Shown here: positions 38,766-47,802 of the stretch, piece after piece
Numbering within the stretch: the first letter of the stretch is position 1
How the letters are laid out: every line of letters starts with the position of its first letter
NCBI GenBank assembly: GCA_012727675.1
Contig: JAAYGR010000139.1
Location: 1 to 47,802 of the forward strand
Reading direction: 5' to 3'
Origin: Bacillota bacterium
Lineage (GTDB): Bacteria > Bacillota > Limnochordia > DTU087
DNA: 47,802 bases
Made by a program: the position numbers and the translations under genes
The notes under the pieces: generated by a model
Seen by the model: the letters and a program-made list of their open reading frames with translations, nothing else
The model's database searches: none
Told to the model about the DNA's origin: nothing

Positions 38766-39407
38766 CTATGCAGCCCCGATGAGCTTCTTGGCCACATCGA
38801 CGGCAGTACCGGAATCAGGAGCATATCCGTCTGCACCGATATCGTCTGCAAAGGCCTGGGTTACCGGGGCTCCTCCTACCAATACTTTGACGCTATCCCG
38901 GAGGCCGGCATCGGTCAAAGCTTGAATGGTTTCCTTCATGTTCACCATGGTAGTAGTCAGCAGTGCTGAGAGTGCTACATAGTTGGCATTGTGCTCCTTA
39001 ACAGCTTCCACGAACTTCTCTGGAGCCACATCTACACCTAGGTCGATTACCTCAAATCCGGCGCCTTCCAGCATCATGGCCACCAGATTCTTTCCAATAT
39101 CGTGGAGATCGCCCTTGACTGTACCAATACACACAGTACCGAGTCTCTCCGCGGCCTCAGCCTCAGTGAGCAAAGGCTTAACAATACCGAGACCTGCCTG
39201 CATTGCCCGGGCGGCGATCAATACTTCGGGAACGTAAATTTCGTTCTTCTTAAAGCGCTCCCCGACAACAGCCATACCTGGAATGAGACCTTCTTTAATG
39301 ATCTGGCCGGCGGACATACCGTCTGCAAGAGCCTTCTCGGTTAGTTCTTTCACTTTGTTGGCATTGCCAGCCACTAAGGCATCAGCAAGCTCTTGTAGAA
39401 TTGCCAT
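38766..39407 (-). CDS. methyltransferase-cognate corrinoid protein (B12-binding, MtaC/MtbC-like)
   Basis: 213 aa. N-terminal helical cap plus a Rossmann B12 domain with DLHDIGKN (DxHxxG), SALLTTT and GGAP. ATG 39407 follows AAGGAGG. Confidence 0.88.
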   Translation of the reverse strand: MAILQELADALVAGNANKVKELTEKALADGMSAGQIIKEGLIPGMAVVGERFKKNEIYVPEVLIAARAMQAGLGIVKPLLTEAEAAERLGTVCIGTVKGDLHDIGKNLVAMMLEGAGFEVIDLGVDVAPEKFVEAVKEHNANYVALSALLTTTMVNMKETIQALTDAGLRDSVKVLVGGAPVTQAFADDIGADGYAPDSGTAVDVAKKLIGAA

Positions 39408-39485
39408 ATACCTTCCTCCTTGCCTCAATTTGGTCCATTGCTACTGACCCAATCTAGCGCTACCTATACAATTAGATTTTGGGTG

Positions 39486-41408
39486 TCAAACGGCGTGATC
39501 CCTTGGTACCTTTTTGTTAATTTTGGTACTATCTTGCGAACTCAGGATGTCCTGGGGAAATAGCATGGCGTCCATAAAGGCTTCTTGAAAGTCCGGCCGC
39601 CCCGAAAGCACCACATAATCCATGGATCTCGCCAGTCCGCTTGCCTCCTCCAGCTTGGCTTGGGAAATGAGGCATAACCGGGCTCCTACCCGGGCTGCAT
39701 TGCCCACCGAGCAGACTTTTTCCAAGGGCACTCGGGGCAAGAGGCCCATCTGCATGGCACTCTCCTTGCGGATATAATTGCCGAAAGCACCGGCCAACAG
39801 CAGTTCATCAATGTCCTCATCTTTGATGCCCAGTACCTTTTGCAAAATCATGGTTCCAGCTCGAATGGCCCCCTTGGCCAGCTGCAGCTCCCTGATATCC
39901 CGCTGGGTAAGTACAATATCGCTGCCGTCAGCTGACTCTTCTCCCCAGACTACTACAAATTCATTGCCGGCTTCCCCCGTCCGGATGCGTTCCAGAAGCT
40001 TCGGCGACAGCCCTTGCAGCTCCAAAGCATCCTGGAGTCTACCGGTTTCATCGATAATGCCAACCCTTAAGAGCTCAGCAATAAGATCAATCAATCCCGA
40101 GCCGCAAATGCCCCGGGGTCTAGTTTGACCGATCACCTTAACATCAATATCCTCGCCGATCTGGACAAACTCGATGGCTCCTTCGCCGGCCCTCATGCCG
40201 CTGCTGATCTGAGCTCCCTCAAAGGCAGGCCCTGCAGCCGTGGAGCAGGCAACCATGCGGCCTCCATCGGACATCACTATCTCGCCATTAGTGCCGATAT
40301 CTACCATCAAGATCCTGCCGTCTTGACTTGCCAGCCCCGTTGCCACCACAACTCCCACTGTATCTGCCCCCACAAAACCGGCAACATTGGGAAGGAAAGT
40401 CACCGGCGCCTCGGGATTTACAGCTAATCCCAACTGGCCCGCGGCTACGTCAAATCGGCGGCTGAATGCAGGTGTATAAGGCGAACGGGCAATATAGGTC
40501 GGCGATACGCCCAAGGCCAGATGCTGCATGCAGGTGTTACCCACTATAACTACCCGGCAGATCTTGCTGGGAGAAACCCCTGTCTTTTCATGGAGTTCGG
40601 CTACAACCCCATTCAGGGTGTCCATAACTGCCCGCTGCAGCCTGCGCAGCTGGGAAGCACCGTTGGAAGCATACTCCACCCGGGAAATAACATCTGCTCC
40701 ATAGGCAGCCTGACCGTTGAGCCGGGCAGCTACTGCCAGTTCTTTGCCCTGATGAAGATCTATCAGCCCGCCGACCACAGTGGTGGTTCCTATGTCAAAT
40801 GCCAGACCAAAGAGTTCACCGGTAGTGTCACCACTTTCAACGGCTACTATGTGATCGCGCCAGCGGGTAACGGTTACCTGGTGATCGCCCCTGCGCAAAA
40901 CCTCCGGCAAGCTGCTCATTATCCCAAGAGGGATTTGGCAGTCCCGCTGTCCGGACCGTTCCAGTACTTCCAACAATCGTTCCCGGTCACCATCGGGTGT
41001 TTCCAAGAGAGGCCTATCCACAGTCACAAATTCTTTGACAACATCAGGTTCTACAGCCACTACCTGGTCAGAACCCTCGGTCAAAATCTGCAGCAGTTCA
41101 GTCTCGCCGGTCGGTATGCTTACCTGGATGTCTCCCTGGGGACGGGCATAACAAGCAAGTCTGATGCCCCTGGCCAGCTCCTCCTTGGTAAGCAGCTGTG
41201 CTTCTATCTCTGACACTTCATTCAAAGGACCATCAACAACAACCTTACAGCGTCCGCACCGCCCCCGTCCTCCGCAGGTTGCGTCGATCTTGATATCTTG
41301 CTCTCGGGCAAGGCGCAGTACCGTCATATCACCGTTGGTAGCAACTTGCTTCTGCCGCTGACTCCAGCGTCCGTCAATCTGCTCGTGCCATATGAATGTC
41401 ACCTGCAT
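39486..41408 (-). CDS. ATP-dependent corrinoid reductive activase (RACo/RamA-like; [2Fe-2S] ferredoxin plus ASKHA/DUF4445 domain)
   Basis: N-terminal CGGRGRCGRCKV plant-type ferredoxin. ASKHA phosphate motifs AFDIGTTTV and MVDIGTNGEIV. 640 aa. Confidence 0.85.
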   Translation of the reverse strand: MQVTFIWHEQIDGRWSQRQKQVATNGDMTVLRLAREQDIKIDATCGGRGRCGRCKVVVDGPLNEVSEIEAQLLTKEELARGIRLACYARPQGDIQVSIPTGETELLQILTEGSDQVVAVEPDVVKEFVTVDRPLLETPDGDRERLLEVLERSGQRDCQIPLGIMSSLPEVLRRGDHQVTVTRWRDHIVAVESGDTTGELFGLAFDIGTTTVVGGLIDLHQGKELAVAARLNGQAAYGADVISRVEYASNGASQLRRLQRAVMDTLNGVVAELHEKTGVSPSKICRVVIVGNTCMQHLALGVSPTYIARSPYTPAFSRRFDVAAGQLGLAVNPEAPVTFLPNVAGFVGADTVGVVVATGLASQDGRILMVDIGTNGEIVMSDGGRMVACSTAAGPAFEGAQISSGMRAGEGAIEFVQIGEDIDVKVIGQTRPRGICGSGLIDLIAELLRVGIIDETGRLQDALELQGLSPKLLERIRTGEAGNEFVVVWGEESADGSDIVLTQRDIRELQLAKGAIRAGTMILQKVLGIKDEDIDELLLAGAFGNYIRKESAMQMGLLPRVPLEKVCSVGNAARVGARLCLISQAKLEEASGLARSMDYVVLSGRPDFQEAFMDAMLFPQDILSSQDSTKINKKVPRDHAV

Positions 41409-41471
41409 TGTTTCTCCACTCCGTTTCGGGGCCTTATAGCTATCATTGTGCCGTATCCAGGTCGCTACAGG

Positions 41472-42326
41472 CTACAGAGCTCGCTTTGCTGCTTTCACTG
41501 TGTTTTGCAGCAGTTCAGCAATGGTCATGGGCCCTACGCCGCCGGGGACAGGAGTTAGATAGCCTGCAACCTCCCGGGCGGATTCATCGACATCGCCGCA
41601 TAGAGCGCCGTCCACACGGTTGATTCCCACATCGATCACCACTGCACCGGGCTTGATCCAGTCTCCTGGAATGAACCGGGGTTTGCCCACGGCAACTACG
41701 AGAATATCGGCCCGGCGGCAGTGCTCCTTAAGATTTTGGGTTCGGGAATGGCAAATGGTTACCGTCGTGTTAGCTTCCAAAAGAAGGGCAGCAATGGGCT
41801 TTCCCACTATATTGCTTCTGCCGACGACGACAGCATTTAGCCCTCGGGGATCGACGCCGGTCCGCCGCAAAAGCTCCATAATCCCCGCTGGGGTACACGG
41901 TACAAAACCTTGATGGGAAAGTCCTGTCCAAAGGCAGCCGACATTGGTCGGATGAAACCCATCGACATCCTTGGCAGGGTCAATTTTCCGAAGTACCGCA
42001 TCAGCATCGATATGCCCAGGTAAAGGAAGCTGAACTAAGATCCCGTGCACCTCTGGGTCCTGGTTTAGTTCTTCGATAAGTTGTATCAGTTGGGTTTGGG
42101 AGGTATCTGCAGGGAGTCTCTTGACATCGGATCGGATCCCTACTTCTCCGCACGCCCTTTCCTTAGACCGCACATACGTCTGGGATGCCGGATCATCCCC
42201 CACCAGCACCACCGTCAATCCGGGAACTATGTTCTGCTCCCGGAGCTTGGCCACTTCCTCTTTTACTTCCTGCCGGATCTCGGCCGCTATCCCCTTGCCA
42301 TCGATGAGCTGAGCCCCCACCATCAA
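41472..42326 (-). CDS. folD: bifunctional methylenetetrahydrofolate dehydrogenase / methenyltetrahydrofolate cyclohydrolase
   Basis: 284 aa. LIDGKGIA..., [35 protein letters not shown]. Confidence 0.96.
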   Translation of the reverse strand: MMVGAQLIDGKGIAAEIRQEVKEEVAKLREQNIVPGLTVVLVGDDPASQTYVRSKERACGEVGIRSDVKRLPADTSQTQLIQLIEELNQDPEVHGILVQLPLPGHIDADAVLRKIDPAKDVDGFHPTNVGCLWTGLSHQGFVPCTPAGIMELLRRTGVDPRGLNAVVVGRSNIVGKPIAALLLEANTTVTICHSRTQNLKEHCRRADILVVAVGKPRFIPGDWIKPGAVVIDVGINRVDGALCGDVDESAREVAGYLTPVPGGVGPMTIAELLQNTVKAAKRAL

Positions 42327-42349
42327 TCCCTCCTAAAGGTTGACTTAAC

Positions 42350-43831
42350 TTACCCCTCACTCATGGATTGGTTGATAAGCCTACTGTTCTTATTCCTCAG
42401 ATAGCGGTCAATGGCCTGAGCGGCTTTTTTCCCGCCTCCCATAGCCTTGATTACCGTAGCACCGCCAGTGATTATATCTCCCGCTGCGAAAACGCCTTCC
42501 CTACTAGTCATAAAGGTCTCGGGGGCCACCTTGAGTACTCCGTGCAAGCCGGTTTCCAGACCCGGCGTGGTCCTGGAAATAATCGGAGTGGGACCTTGGC
42601 CAATGGCCACTATGACCGAGTCGGCAGGCAGCCAATGCTCGGAACCAGCTATGGGCTTTACACCCTGGCGGCCGTTTTCGGTGGGCTCACCGAGCTCCAT
42701 ATTAACGCACTGTATTGCTTCTACCCAGCCCTGCTCATCCCCTCTAATGGCTGTGGGGCTGGTAAGAAACCGAAACTCGACCCCTTCCTCTTCTGCATGG
42801 AGGACTTCTTCCCGCCTCGCCGGCAAGTTTTCTCTGGAGCGCCGGTAGACTACCATCACCTTACTGCCCAGGCGGACAGCGGTGCGGGCGGCATCCATAG
42901 CGGTATTGCCTCCTCCGATTACCACTACACGCTTGCCTAAATAGAGGGGTGTATCCACCTGGGGATACAAGTACGCCCTCATCAGGTTGACCCGGGTCAG
43001 GAACTCATTGGCGGTATAAACGCCGTTGAGATCCTCACCGGGTATGCCCAGGAGGTTGGGCAGACCTGCCCCTGTCCCTAGGAAAACCGCTTGAAACCCC
43101 TGGGCAAATAGATCATCAACTGTCAGGGTACTGCCGATTAACACGTTGGTTCTAAGCTCCACTCCCTGCCGCTCCAGCTGTTGGAACTCATGGGCTAAAA
43201 TGTCCTTTGGCAGCCTAAACTCCGGAATCCCATATGCCAGAACCCCTCCCGGTGTATGCAGTGCCTCAAAAATAGTCACCTGATAACCAAGGCGGTTTAG
43301 TTCGGCGGCAGCAGTTAGGCTCGCGGGACCTGAGCCCACCACTGCTACTTTCCCCTTCTTCTTTCCATTAACCTTAACCGTTCTGCCGGCGGCACCTCCA
43401 CGGGTTTCCCTCTCCCAATCGGCGGCAAACCGCTCAAGATTGCCTATGGCCACCGGCTGCCCCTTTCTTCCCAAGACGCAAAGGCTCTCACACTGCACTT
43501 CCTGGGGACAAACTCGACCGCAGATGGCAGGCAAAGTGTTATCCTGGCGAATGACAGCGGCAGCACCGGCAAAATCTCCCTCGGCTATCAGCCGCACGAA
43601 TCCTGGAATATCAATGCCTACTGGACAACCCTTTACACAGGGTCGATGGCGGCACTGCAGGCACCGGGCAGCCTCCCGGCGGGCAATCTCAGGCGAGTAC
43701 CCCAAACTGACTTCTCCAAAGTTCTTAATCCTTTCCTCAGGAGGCTGGGTCGGCATCGAGGCTCTCTCAAGACCTTTTTTACCAGTAGATTGCTTGCCTA
43801 AAATGTCTACCTGTGACACTGGCCACCACAC
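42350..43831 (-). CDS. nfnB: NfnB-like subunit (GltD-family FAD/[4Fe-4S] NADPH oxidoreductase)
   Basis: PEERIKNFGEVSLGY...CLQCRHRPCVKGCPVGIDIP plus two dinucleotide-binding folds, paired with an NfnA-like gene. The start is uncertain: GTG 43831 (directly after GGAGGAGG) or a later codon up to ATG 43756. Confidence 0.8.
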   Translation of the reverse strand: MWWPVSQVDILGKQSTGKKGLERASMPTQPPEERIKNFGEVSLGYSPEIARREAARCLQCRHRPCVKGCPVGIDIPGFVRLIAEGDFAGAAAVIRQDNTLPAICGRVCPQEVQCESLCVLGRKGQPVAIGNLERFAADWERETRGGAAGRTVKVNGKKKGKVAVVGSGPASLTAAAELNRLGYQVTIFEALHTPGGVLAYGIPEFRLPKDILAHEFQQLERQGVELRTNVLIGSTLTVDDLFAQGFQAVFLGTGAGLPNLLGIPGEDLNGVYTANEFLTRVNLMRAYLYPQVDTPLYLGKRVVVIGGGNTAMDAARTAVRLGSKVMVVYRRSRENLPARREEVLHAEEEGVEFRFLTSPTAIRGDEQGWVEAIQCVNMELGEPTENGRQGVKPIAGSEHWLPADSVIVAIGQGPTPIISRTTPGLETGLHGVLKVAPETFMTSREGVFAAGDIITGGATVIKAMGGGKKAAQAIDRYLRNKNSRLINQSMSEG

Positions 43832-44658
43832 CCCTCCTCCACGTTACCGGTTGAATTACAACTAGCTCCTGACCTTTCATATAACTGCGACCTGCGGAGA
43901 AGAGATGAGAAATCAACTTGATGGGCATCGAATTCCGGTCCATCGATACAGCAAAACTTGATTTCATCACCAACCCGCACCCGACAAGCGCCGCACATGC
44001 CGGTACCATCAACCATGATTGGATTGAGACTCACTATTGTCTTGATGTCATGGCGCTTTGTTAGCTCGGAAACTGCCTCCATCATAGGAATCGGCCCAAC
44101 AGCAATTACCTGATCAAGATGAATTCCGTCGGCGATGAGCTGCCGTAAAAGATCAGTCACAAATCCTTTATGGCCGTAACTGCCATCATCGGTAGCCACA
44201 AGGACCCGTTCACTGATGGCTGCCAATTCCTCTTGGTAAAAGAGATGTTCTCGGCTCCGGGCCCCTATCAGTGTCAGGACCCGATTGCCGACCTCCTGGT
44301 GCCGCCGGGCCTCCGGATAAATGATAGCGGTCCCTACTCCACCGGCTATGCAGACCACTGTCCCCACCGGCTCGATGACCGCTGGTTTACCCAGAGGACC
44401 CAAAAGGTCCAAGATATGGTCCCCTGCATTCATTTCAGCTAGCTGCTGGGTTGTATGGCCAACAGCTTGAACTATCAAAGTAATGGTTCCGGCATCCCCA
44501 TCCCAATCGGAGATGCTGATGGGGATCCGCTCTCCCCGTTCATGCAGCCGCAGAACAACGAACTGTCCAGGCTGCGTATTCTTAGCAACATCTGGTGCTG
44601 CAATTACGTATTTCCATACGTTGTGGGCTATAGCTTCTTTTCCCAAAATCCTAAACAC
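43807..44658 (-). CDS. nfnA: NfnA-like subunit (PyrK/sulfide dehydrogenase-like FAD/NAD-binding protein with a C-terminal Fe-S Cys cluster)
   Basis: MFRILGKE...PGQFVVLRL...ERIPISI... and C-terminal GMCGACRV. GTG start 8 nt after AGGAGG. Confidence 0.8.
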   Translation of the reverse strand: MFRILGKEAIAHNVWKYVIAAPDVAKNTQPGQFVVLRLHERGERIPISISDWDGDAGTITLIVQAVGHTTQQLAEMNAGDHILDLLGPLGKPAVIEPVGTVVCIAGGVGTAIIYPEARRHQEVGNRVLTLIGARSREHLFYQEELAAISERVLVATDDGSYGHKGFVTDLLRQLIADGIHLDQVIAVGPIPMMEAVSELTKRHDIKTIVSLNPIMVDGTGMCGACRVRVGDEIKFCCIDGPEFDAHQVDFSSLLRRSQLYERSGASCNSTGNVEEGCGGQCHR

Positions 44659-44811
44659 ACAACGTTCCTCCTAGTCCTGTTTCCATTGTCATTAGCTATT
44701 CTAAGCTGGTTAGTTATTTACCTGCTCAAAGGGAAAAGGCCTGCAGAAGGAGCCAGGCGATAACTACAGTATATCATTTCAAGAACTAGGTGGGTATTGT
44801 CCCGGGGAAGG

Positions 44812-44846
44812 GTACGAAGAAGCGGGGGATTGAACCCCCGCCCCCA
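44812..44846 (-). terminator. candidate intrinsic terminator after the sugar-phosphate isomerase gene
   Basis: GCGGGGG-ATTGAA-CCCCCGC (44822-44841). The minus-sense tail is TTCTTCG. Confidence 0.5.
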
Positions 44847-44893
44847 TGTTCAGCTGTATCACTGTTAGCTCGGACTGTCAGCCTAGGGAAATC

Positions 44894-45868
44894 TTAGTCA
44901 GTCCACCATGCTTCTGCCAGCTGCTCCTCGAGAATCACTTCTTTGAGGAACTCAACGGCTTTGGAGAAGCCTTCCTCAATGGAGGCCAATGCATCTTCAT
45001 GCTCAATGCTCAGCACATAATCATAGCCTACCAACCTGAGGGCACTGACGATGTCCTTCCACACCTGATATCCATGGCCGTATCCCACCGACCTAAACAG
45101 CCAAGAACGCTTGGACAGCTCAGTGTAAGGAATAATATCGAGGTTGCCGTTCACAGGACTGTTCCAGGCGTCGATGGCGGTGTCTTTGGCGTGGAAATGG
45201 AAGATGGCATACTTTTCCCCTAGACAGCGGATGGCCTTAACTGGATCGATTCCCTGCCAGAAGAGATGGCTGGGGTCAAAATTGGCGCCGATGCTTGGAC
45301 CCACAGCTTCCCGCAACTTGAGCAGGGTGTAGGGGTTATACACCATAAAGCCTGGATGCATCTCGAAGGCGATCTTTGTCACTCCGTGATCGGCGGCAAA
45401 CTTGCTCTCCCGCTCCCAGTAGGGAATCAGCTTCTCTTCCCACTGCCACTCCAAGATCCTGAGAAAATCGGTAGGCCATGCACAGGTGACCCAGTTGGGA
45501 TACTTGGCATCCTCGTGGTCACCCGGACAGCCGGAGAAGCAAGCTATGATCTCTATACCCAGCTTCTCAGCCAGGAGAACAGCATTACGCCAGTCTTTGT
45601 GGAACTGTTCGGCAAGTTCCTTCTGAGGATGTAGGGGATTGCCGTGAACACTCAGGCAGCTGATGAACATGCCCCGATCATCTATAGCCTTTTTCCAATC
45701 CTTCAACTTCTGCTCATCGGCAAGCAGTTCTTCTGGATCGCAGTGAGCCTTGCCCGGAAAACCGCCGCAGCCGATTTCAACCGCGTTCAGCCCATAGCCC
45801 TTGATCTTGTCCAACGCTTCGGGCAAAGGCAGCTGTCCAAACAAAACGCTAAAGACGCCAATCTGCAT
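44894..45868 (-). CDS. sugar phosphate isomerase/epimerase (xylose isomerase-like TIM barrel family)
   Basis: 324 aa, typical PF01261-like pattern (GYGLNAVEIG..., FEMHPG, SIEHED). Confidence 0.8.
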   Translation of the reverse strand: MQIGVFSVLFGQLPLPEALDKIKGYGLNAVEIGCGGFPGKAHCDPEELLADEQKLKDWKKAIDDRGMFISCLSVHGNPLHPQKELAEQFHKDWRNAVLLAEKLGIEIIACFSGCPGDHEDAKYPNWVTCAWPTDFLRILEWQWEEKLIPYWERESKFAADHGVTKIAFEMHPGFMVYNPYTLLKLREAVGPSIGANFDPSHLFWQGIDPVKAIRCLGEKYAIFHFHAKDTAIDAWNSPVNGNLDIIPYTELSKRSWLFRSVGYGHGYQVWKDIVSALRLVGYDYVLSIEHEDALASIEEGFSKAVEFLKEVILEEQLAEAWWTD

Positions 45869-46053
45869 ACCATGACCTCCCTTTCATTTTCCCCAGCAGC
45901 CAGCCCACTGGGCCCATAGTCTATCCTAGACCAATGATGGGCAATATCATTCTGGTTACATGTTTCGTCGAGCGGGCACTTATTCCTCCCGAATTTTTCC
46001 CAGTGCGGGACCTTTCTAGCTTGGCTACCACTTTCTCACAAAGCAAAAAGCAA

Positions 46054-46084
46054 AACAAAAAAGCCACCGGCTAGACCGATGGCT
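46054..46084 (-). terminator. intrinsic terminator after tRNA-Arg
   Basis: Minus-sense GCCATCGG-TCTAG-CCGGTGGC (one mismatch) followed by TTTTTTGTTTTGC. Confidence 0.7.
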
Positions 46085-46090
46085 TGACTT

Positions 46091-46166
46091 TGGTGCGCCT
46101 AGCAGGAATCGAACCTGCGCTCCCGGCTCCGGAGGCCGGTGCTCTCATCCGCTGAGCTATAGGCGC
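46091..46166 (-). tRNA. tRNA-Arg (anticodon CCG), CCA encoded
   Basis: Minus sense: GCGCCTA TA GCTC AGCGGATGA GAGC A CCGGC CTCCGGA GCCGG GAGCG CAGGTTCGATTCCTG CTAGGCGC ACCA. This folds as a cloverleaf with a GTTCGATTC T-loop and anticodon loop CT-CCG-GA. Confidence 0.93.
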
Positions 46167-46187
46167 TTGCATTGTCACTGCTTTGTT

Positions 46188-46216
46188 ATTATAACAAAAG
46201 GTCTGGGGTATTTCAA
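46188..46216 (-). promoter_or_regulatory. sigma-A promoter for tRNA-Arg
   Basis: Minus-sense TTGAAA (46216-46211), exactly 17 nt spacer, TATAAT (46193-46188). It lies about 20 nt upstream of the mature tRNA 5' end. Confidence 0.7.
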
Positions 46217-46246
46217 TACCTGTTTTTTGAAAAGCCCCCTAGCTCA

Positions 46247-47802
46247 TCAAGACTCCAACCTAAACTGCCCAACCAATACTTTCAGTCTATCGCTCACCTG
46301 GGTCAAGTTCTGGGCAGATGCAGCCACCTCTGATATGGAGGCTGCTTGTTCCTCTGACGCAGTAGCTATCTCGTGGCCGCCGCTGTTAATCTGTTCGATG
46401 CCTGACGAAATCTCTTCTATGCGGCTTACTACGGCCGTCACTGCTTCCAAAATGCTGCGCAAGACTTGACCGCTCTTGTCAACACTACTCAACACCTCAT
46501 CAGCCTGTCGGGCTCCTCTGTCCATCCCGCTGACAGCTGCTGCCACACCTTCCTGAACCCGTCCTACCAGTGCCTTTATTTCCGCCGCTGCCTCCGAAGA
46601 TTGTTCGGCTAATTTTCCTACTTCCTCAGCTACAACAGCAAATCCCCTGCCGTTTTCTCCTGCCCGGGCAGCCTCAATGGAAGCATTTAGTGCCAGGAGG
46701 TTTGTCTGGTCTGCAATAGCGGTAATGGCTTCTACAATGCTGCCGATCTCCTCCGAGAGTAGACCTAAACCCGATATTTCTTGGGCCAGCTGCTTTATAG
46801 TCTCGCCCAACTCGCCGATTTGTCTTACAATATCCCTGACTGTATCCTCTCCCGATGAGGCCCTTGCAGCCACTTCCTGAACATCCTTGCCCACTGACTG
46901 GACATTGGCATTCATGGCTTCTAGGGTGGAGGAGAACTGATTAGTGGTGCCGGCCACTTCCTCAACTGAAGCAGTAACTTCCTCAGCAGCAGCGGCCATT
47001 TGTCCGCTGGTGCTTGCCAGTGCATTGGTAGTCCCAGCAACCAGTGTCATTGCTTCCCGCATGCTGGCGATTGTTCTGTTGAGTGCTCCAGCGACTATTC
47101 CGATTTCGTCCTGCAGCTTAACATATACATTCTTTGTCAGGTCCCCGTCGGCCAGGGCTTCTATCACTTCCTTAATTCTTACGAGAGGGTCGGCAATCCG
47201 CCTGCCGAGAAAAACCGCTGCAATGATACCGGCCGTCAAAAAGGCCAGCGAAATTCCGATGAGAAAATTCCTTAACTTGACCATGTTGGCCAAGACGTCG
47301 GCCTCCATGGCACCTACGGCGATGGTCCAGCCGGTGGAGGGGACCGGTGCTAATCCCACTATTCTTGCTGCCCCATCATCGAGGGTATACCTGACTACAC
47401 CATTCTTGCCTAAACCAAAGGCCCGAATAGCCCGACCTGCGTTTACAAAGGGACCGGTATCGGTAAATATGGTGACCTGGTTCATAACGAGCTGCCGATT
47501 AGGGTAAGCATACAAAGTGCCGTCGGCACCGATTATGTAGGCATAACCTTTAGCGCCAAAACCCGACTCGTCGGTGATATCACTTAAAGCTTCGGCATTT
47601 CTCCGGCCGATCAATGCCCCGATAATCCGACCGTTGTCTGTAATAGGGACAGCATACATCAGAACTGCCGTACCTGAGACGCGACTGACAAGCACATCTG
47701 ACACCGTGGCCCGCCCATTAAGAGCGCTGATTATATAATCCCGGTCAGCCAAGTTTGCACTAGAACCGTCACTGTACCTGGCCACGCCATTCCGATCAAC
47801 TG
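46247..47802 (-). CDS. methyl-accepting chemotaxis protein with an extracellular Cache-type sensor (N-terminus outside the window)
   Basis: Cache-like region ([12 protein letters not shown]...), TM helix, HAMP (DGDLTKNV...[11 protein letters not shown]) and signalling domain [38 protein letters not shown]. The frame stays open upstream of the track's GTG 47785 to the window edge (..[12 protein letters not shown]). Confidence 0.9.
   Translation of the reverse strand, partial: VDRNGVARYSDGSSANLADRDYIISALNGRATVSDVLVSRVSGTAVLMYAVPITDNGRIIGALIGRRNAEALSDITDESGFGAKGYAYIIGADGTLYAYPNRQLVMNQVTIFTDTGPFVNAGRAIRAFGLGKNGVVRYTLDDGAARIVGLAPVPSTGWTIAVGAMEADVLANMVKLRNFLIGISLAFLTAGIIAAVFLGRRIADPLVRIKEVIEALADGDLTKNVYVKLQDEIGIVAGALNRTIASMREAMTLVAGTTNALASTSGQMAAAAEEVTASVEEVAGTTNQFSSTLEAMNANVQSVGKDVQEVAARASSGEDTVRDIVRQIGELGETIKQLAQEISGLGLLSEEIGSIVEAITAIADQTNLLALNASIEAARAGENGRGFAVVAEEVGKLAEQSSEAAAEIKALVGRVQEGVAAAVSGMDRGARQADEVLSSVDKSGQVLRSILEAVTAVVSRIEEISSGIEQINSGGHEIATASEEQAASISEVAASAQNLTQVSDRLKVLVGQFRLES

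Noticed and set aside
44822-44841. tRNA-like T-arm (minus-sense GCGGGGGTTCAATCCCCCGC), possibly a tRNA fragment or integration scar
   Set aside because: The loop is 6 nt rather than 7, no complementary acceptor 5' strand exists upstream, and the sequence does not match the intact tRNA-Arg at 46091-46166. No integrase is nearby. It is better explained as the terminator of the sugar-phosphate isomerase gene.

Overview
This window looks like a core chromosomal segment of an anaerobic, probably spore-forming Firmicute (Clostridia-like; roughly 50% GC by eye). I call 40 CDS, 36 of them on the minus strand. I also call one tRNA-Arg(CCG), one cobalamin riboswitch, several sigma-A-like promoters and about a dozen intrinsic terminators.

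Gene content is mostly housekeeping:
- **Left block (1-15713):** rpmE (partial), LysM/M23 peptidase, rho, fba, pyrG, argS, speE, a SpoIID/SPOR/beta-propeller protein, ndk and fhs. As I recall, this order echoes the Bacillus subtilis speE..argS..pyrG..fbaA..rho-rpmE region.
- **Middle (15968-33671):** an MCP, a ribose-type sugar ABC transporter, rex, glyQS, a fucose-isomerase-family gene, rlmH, htrA and a phosphohexomutase. A B12-riboswitch-controlled btuF-btuD-cobO-btuC operon and nfo follow.
- **Right block (35415-47802):** acyl-CoA dehydrogenase with etfB and a ferredoxin-fused etfA. Next comes an operon nfnA-nfnB-folD-corrinoid activase-corrinoid protein, then a sugar-phosphate isomerase, tRNA-Arg and a second (partial) MCP.

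I found no transposase, integrase, CRISPR array, toxin-antitoxin pair or recognisable defence island. I cannot honestly claim a clear novel multi-gene system.

The signals least explained by ordinary annotation are:
1. A ~500-nt non-coding island (17131-17627) filled with 21-22-nt-phased degenerate repeats.
2. The unusual nfnAB-folD-activase-corrinoid operon, which has no methyltransferase in the window.
3. A 74-aa protein that is 43% glutamine, next to nfo, resembling gamma-type spore SASPs.
4. A Cys-rich 218-aa protein sitting in the conserved pyrG-fba interval.

Several ORF-track starts are too far upstream. I corrected them from Shine-Dalgarno positions and conserved N-termini.
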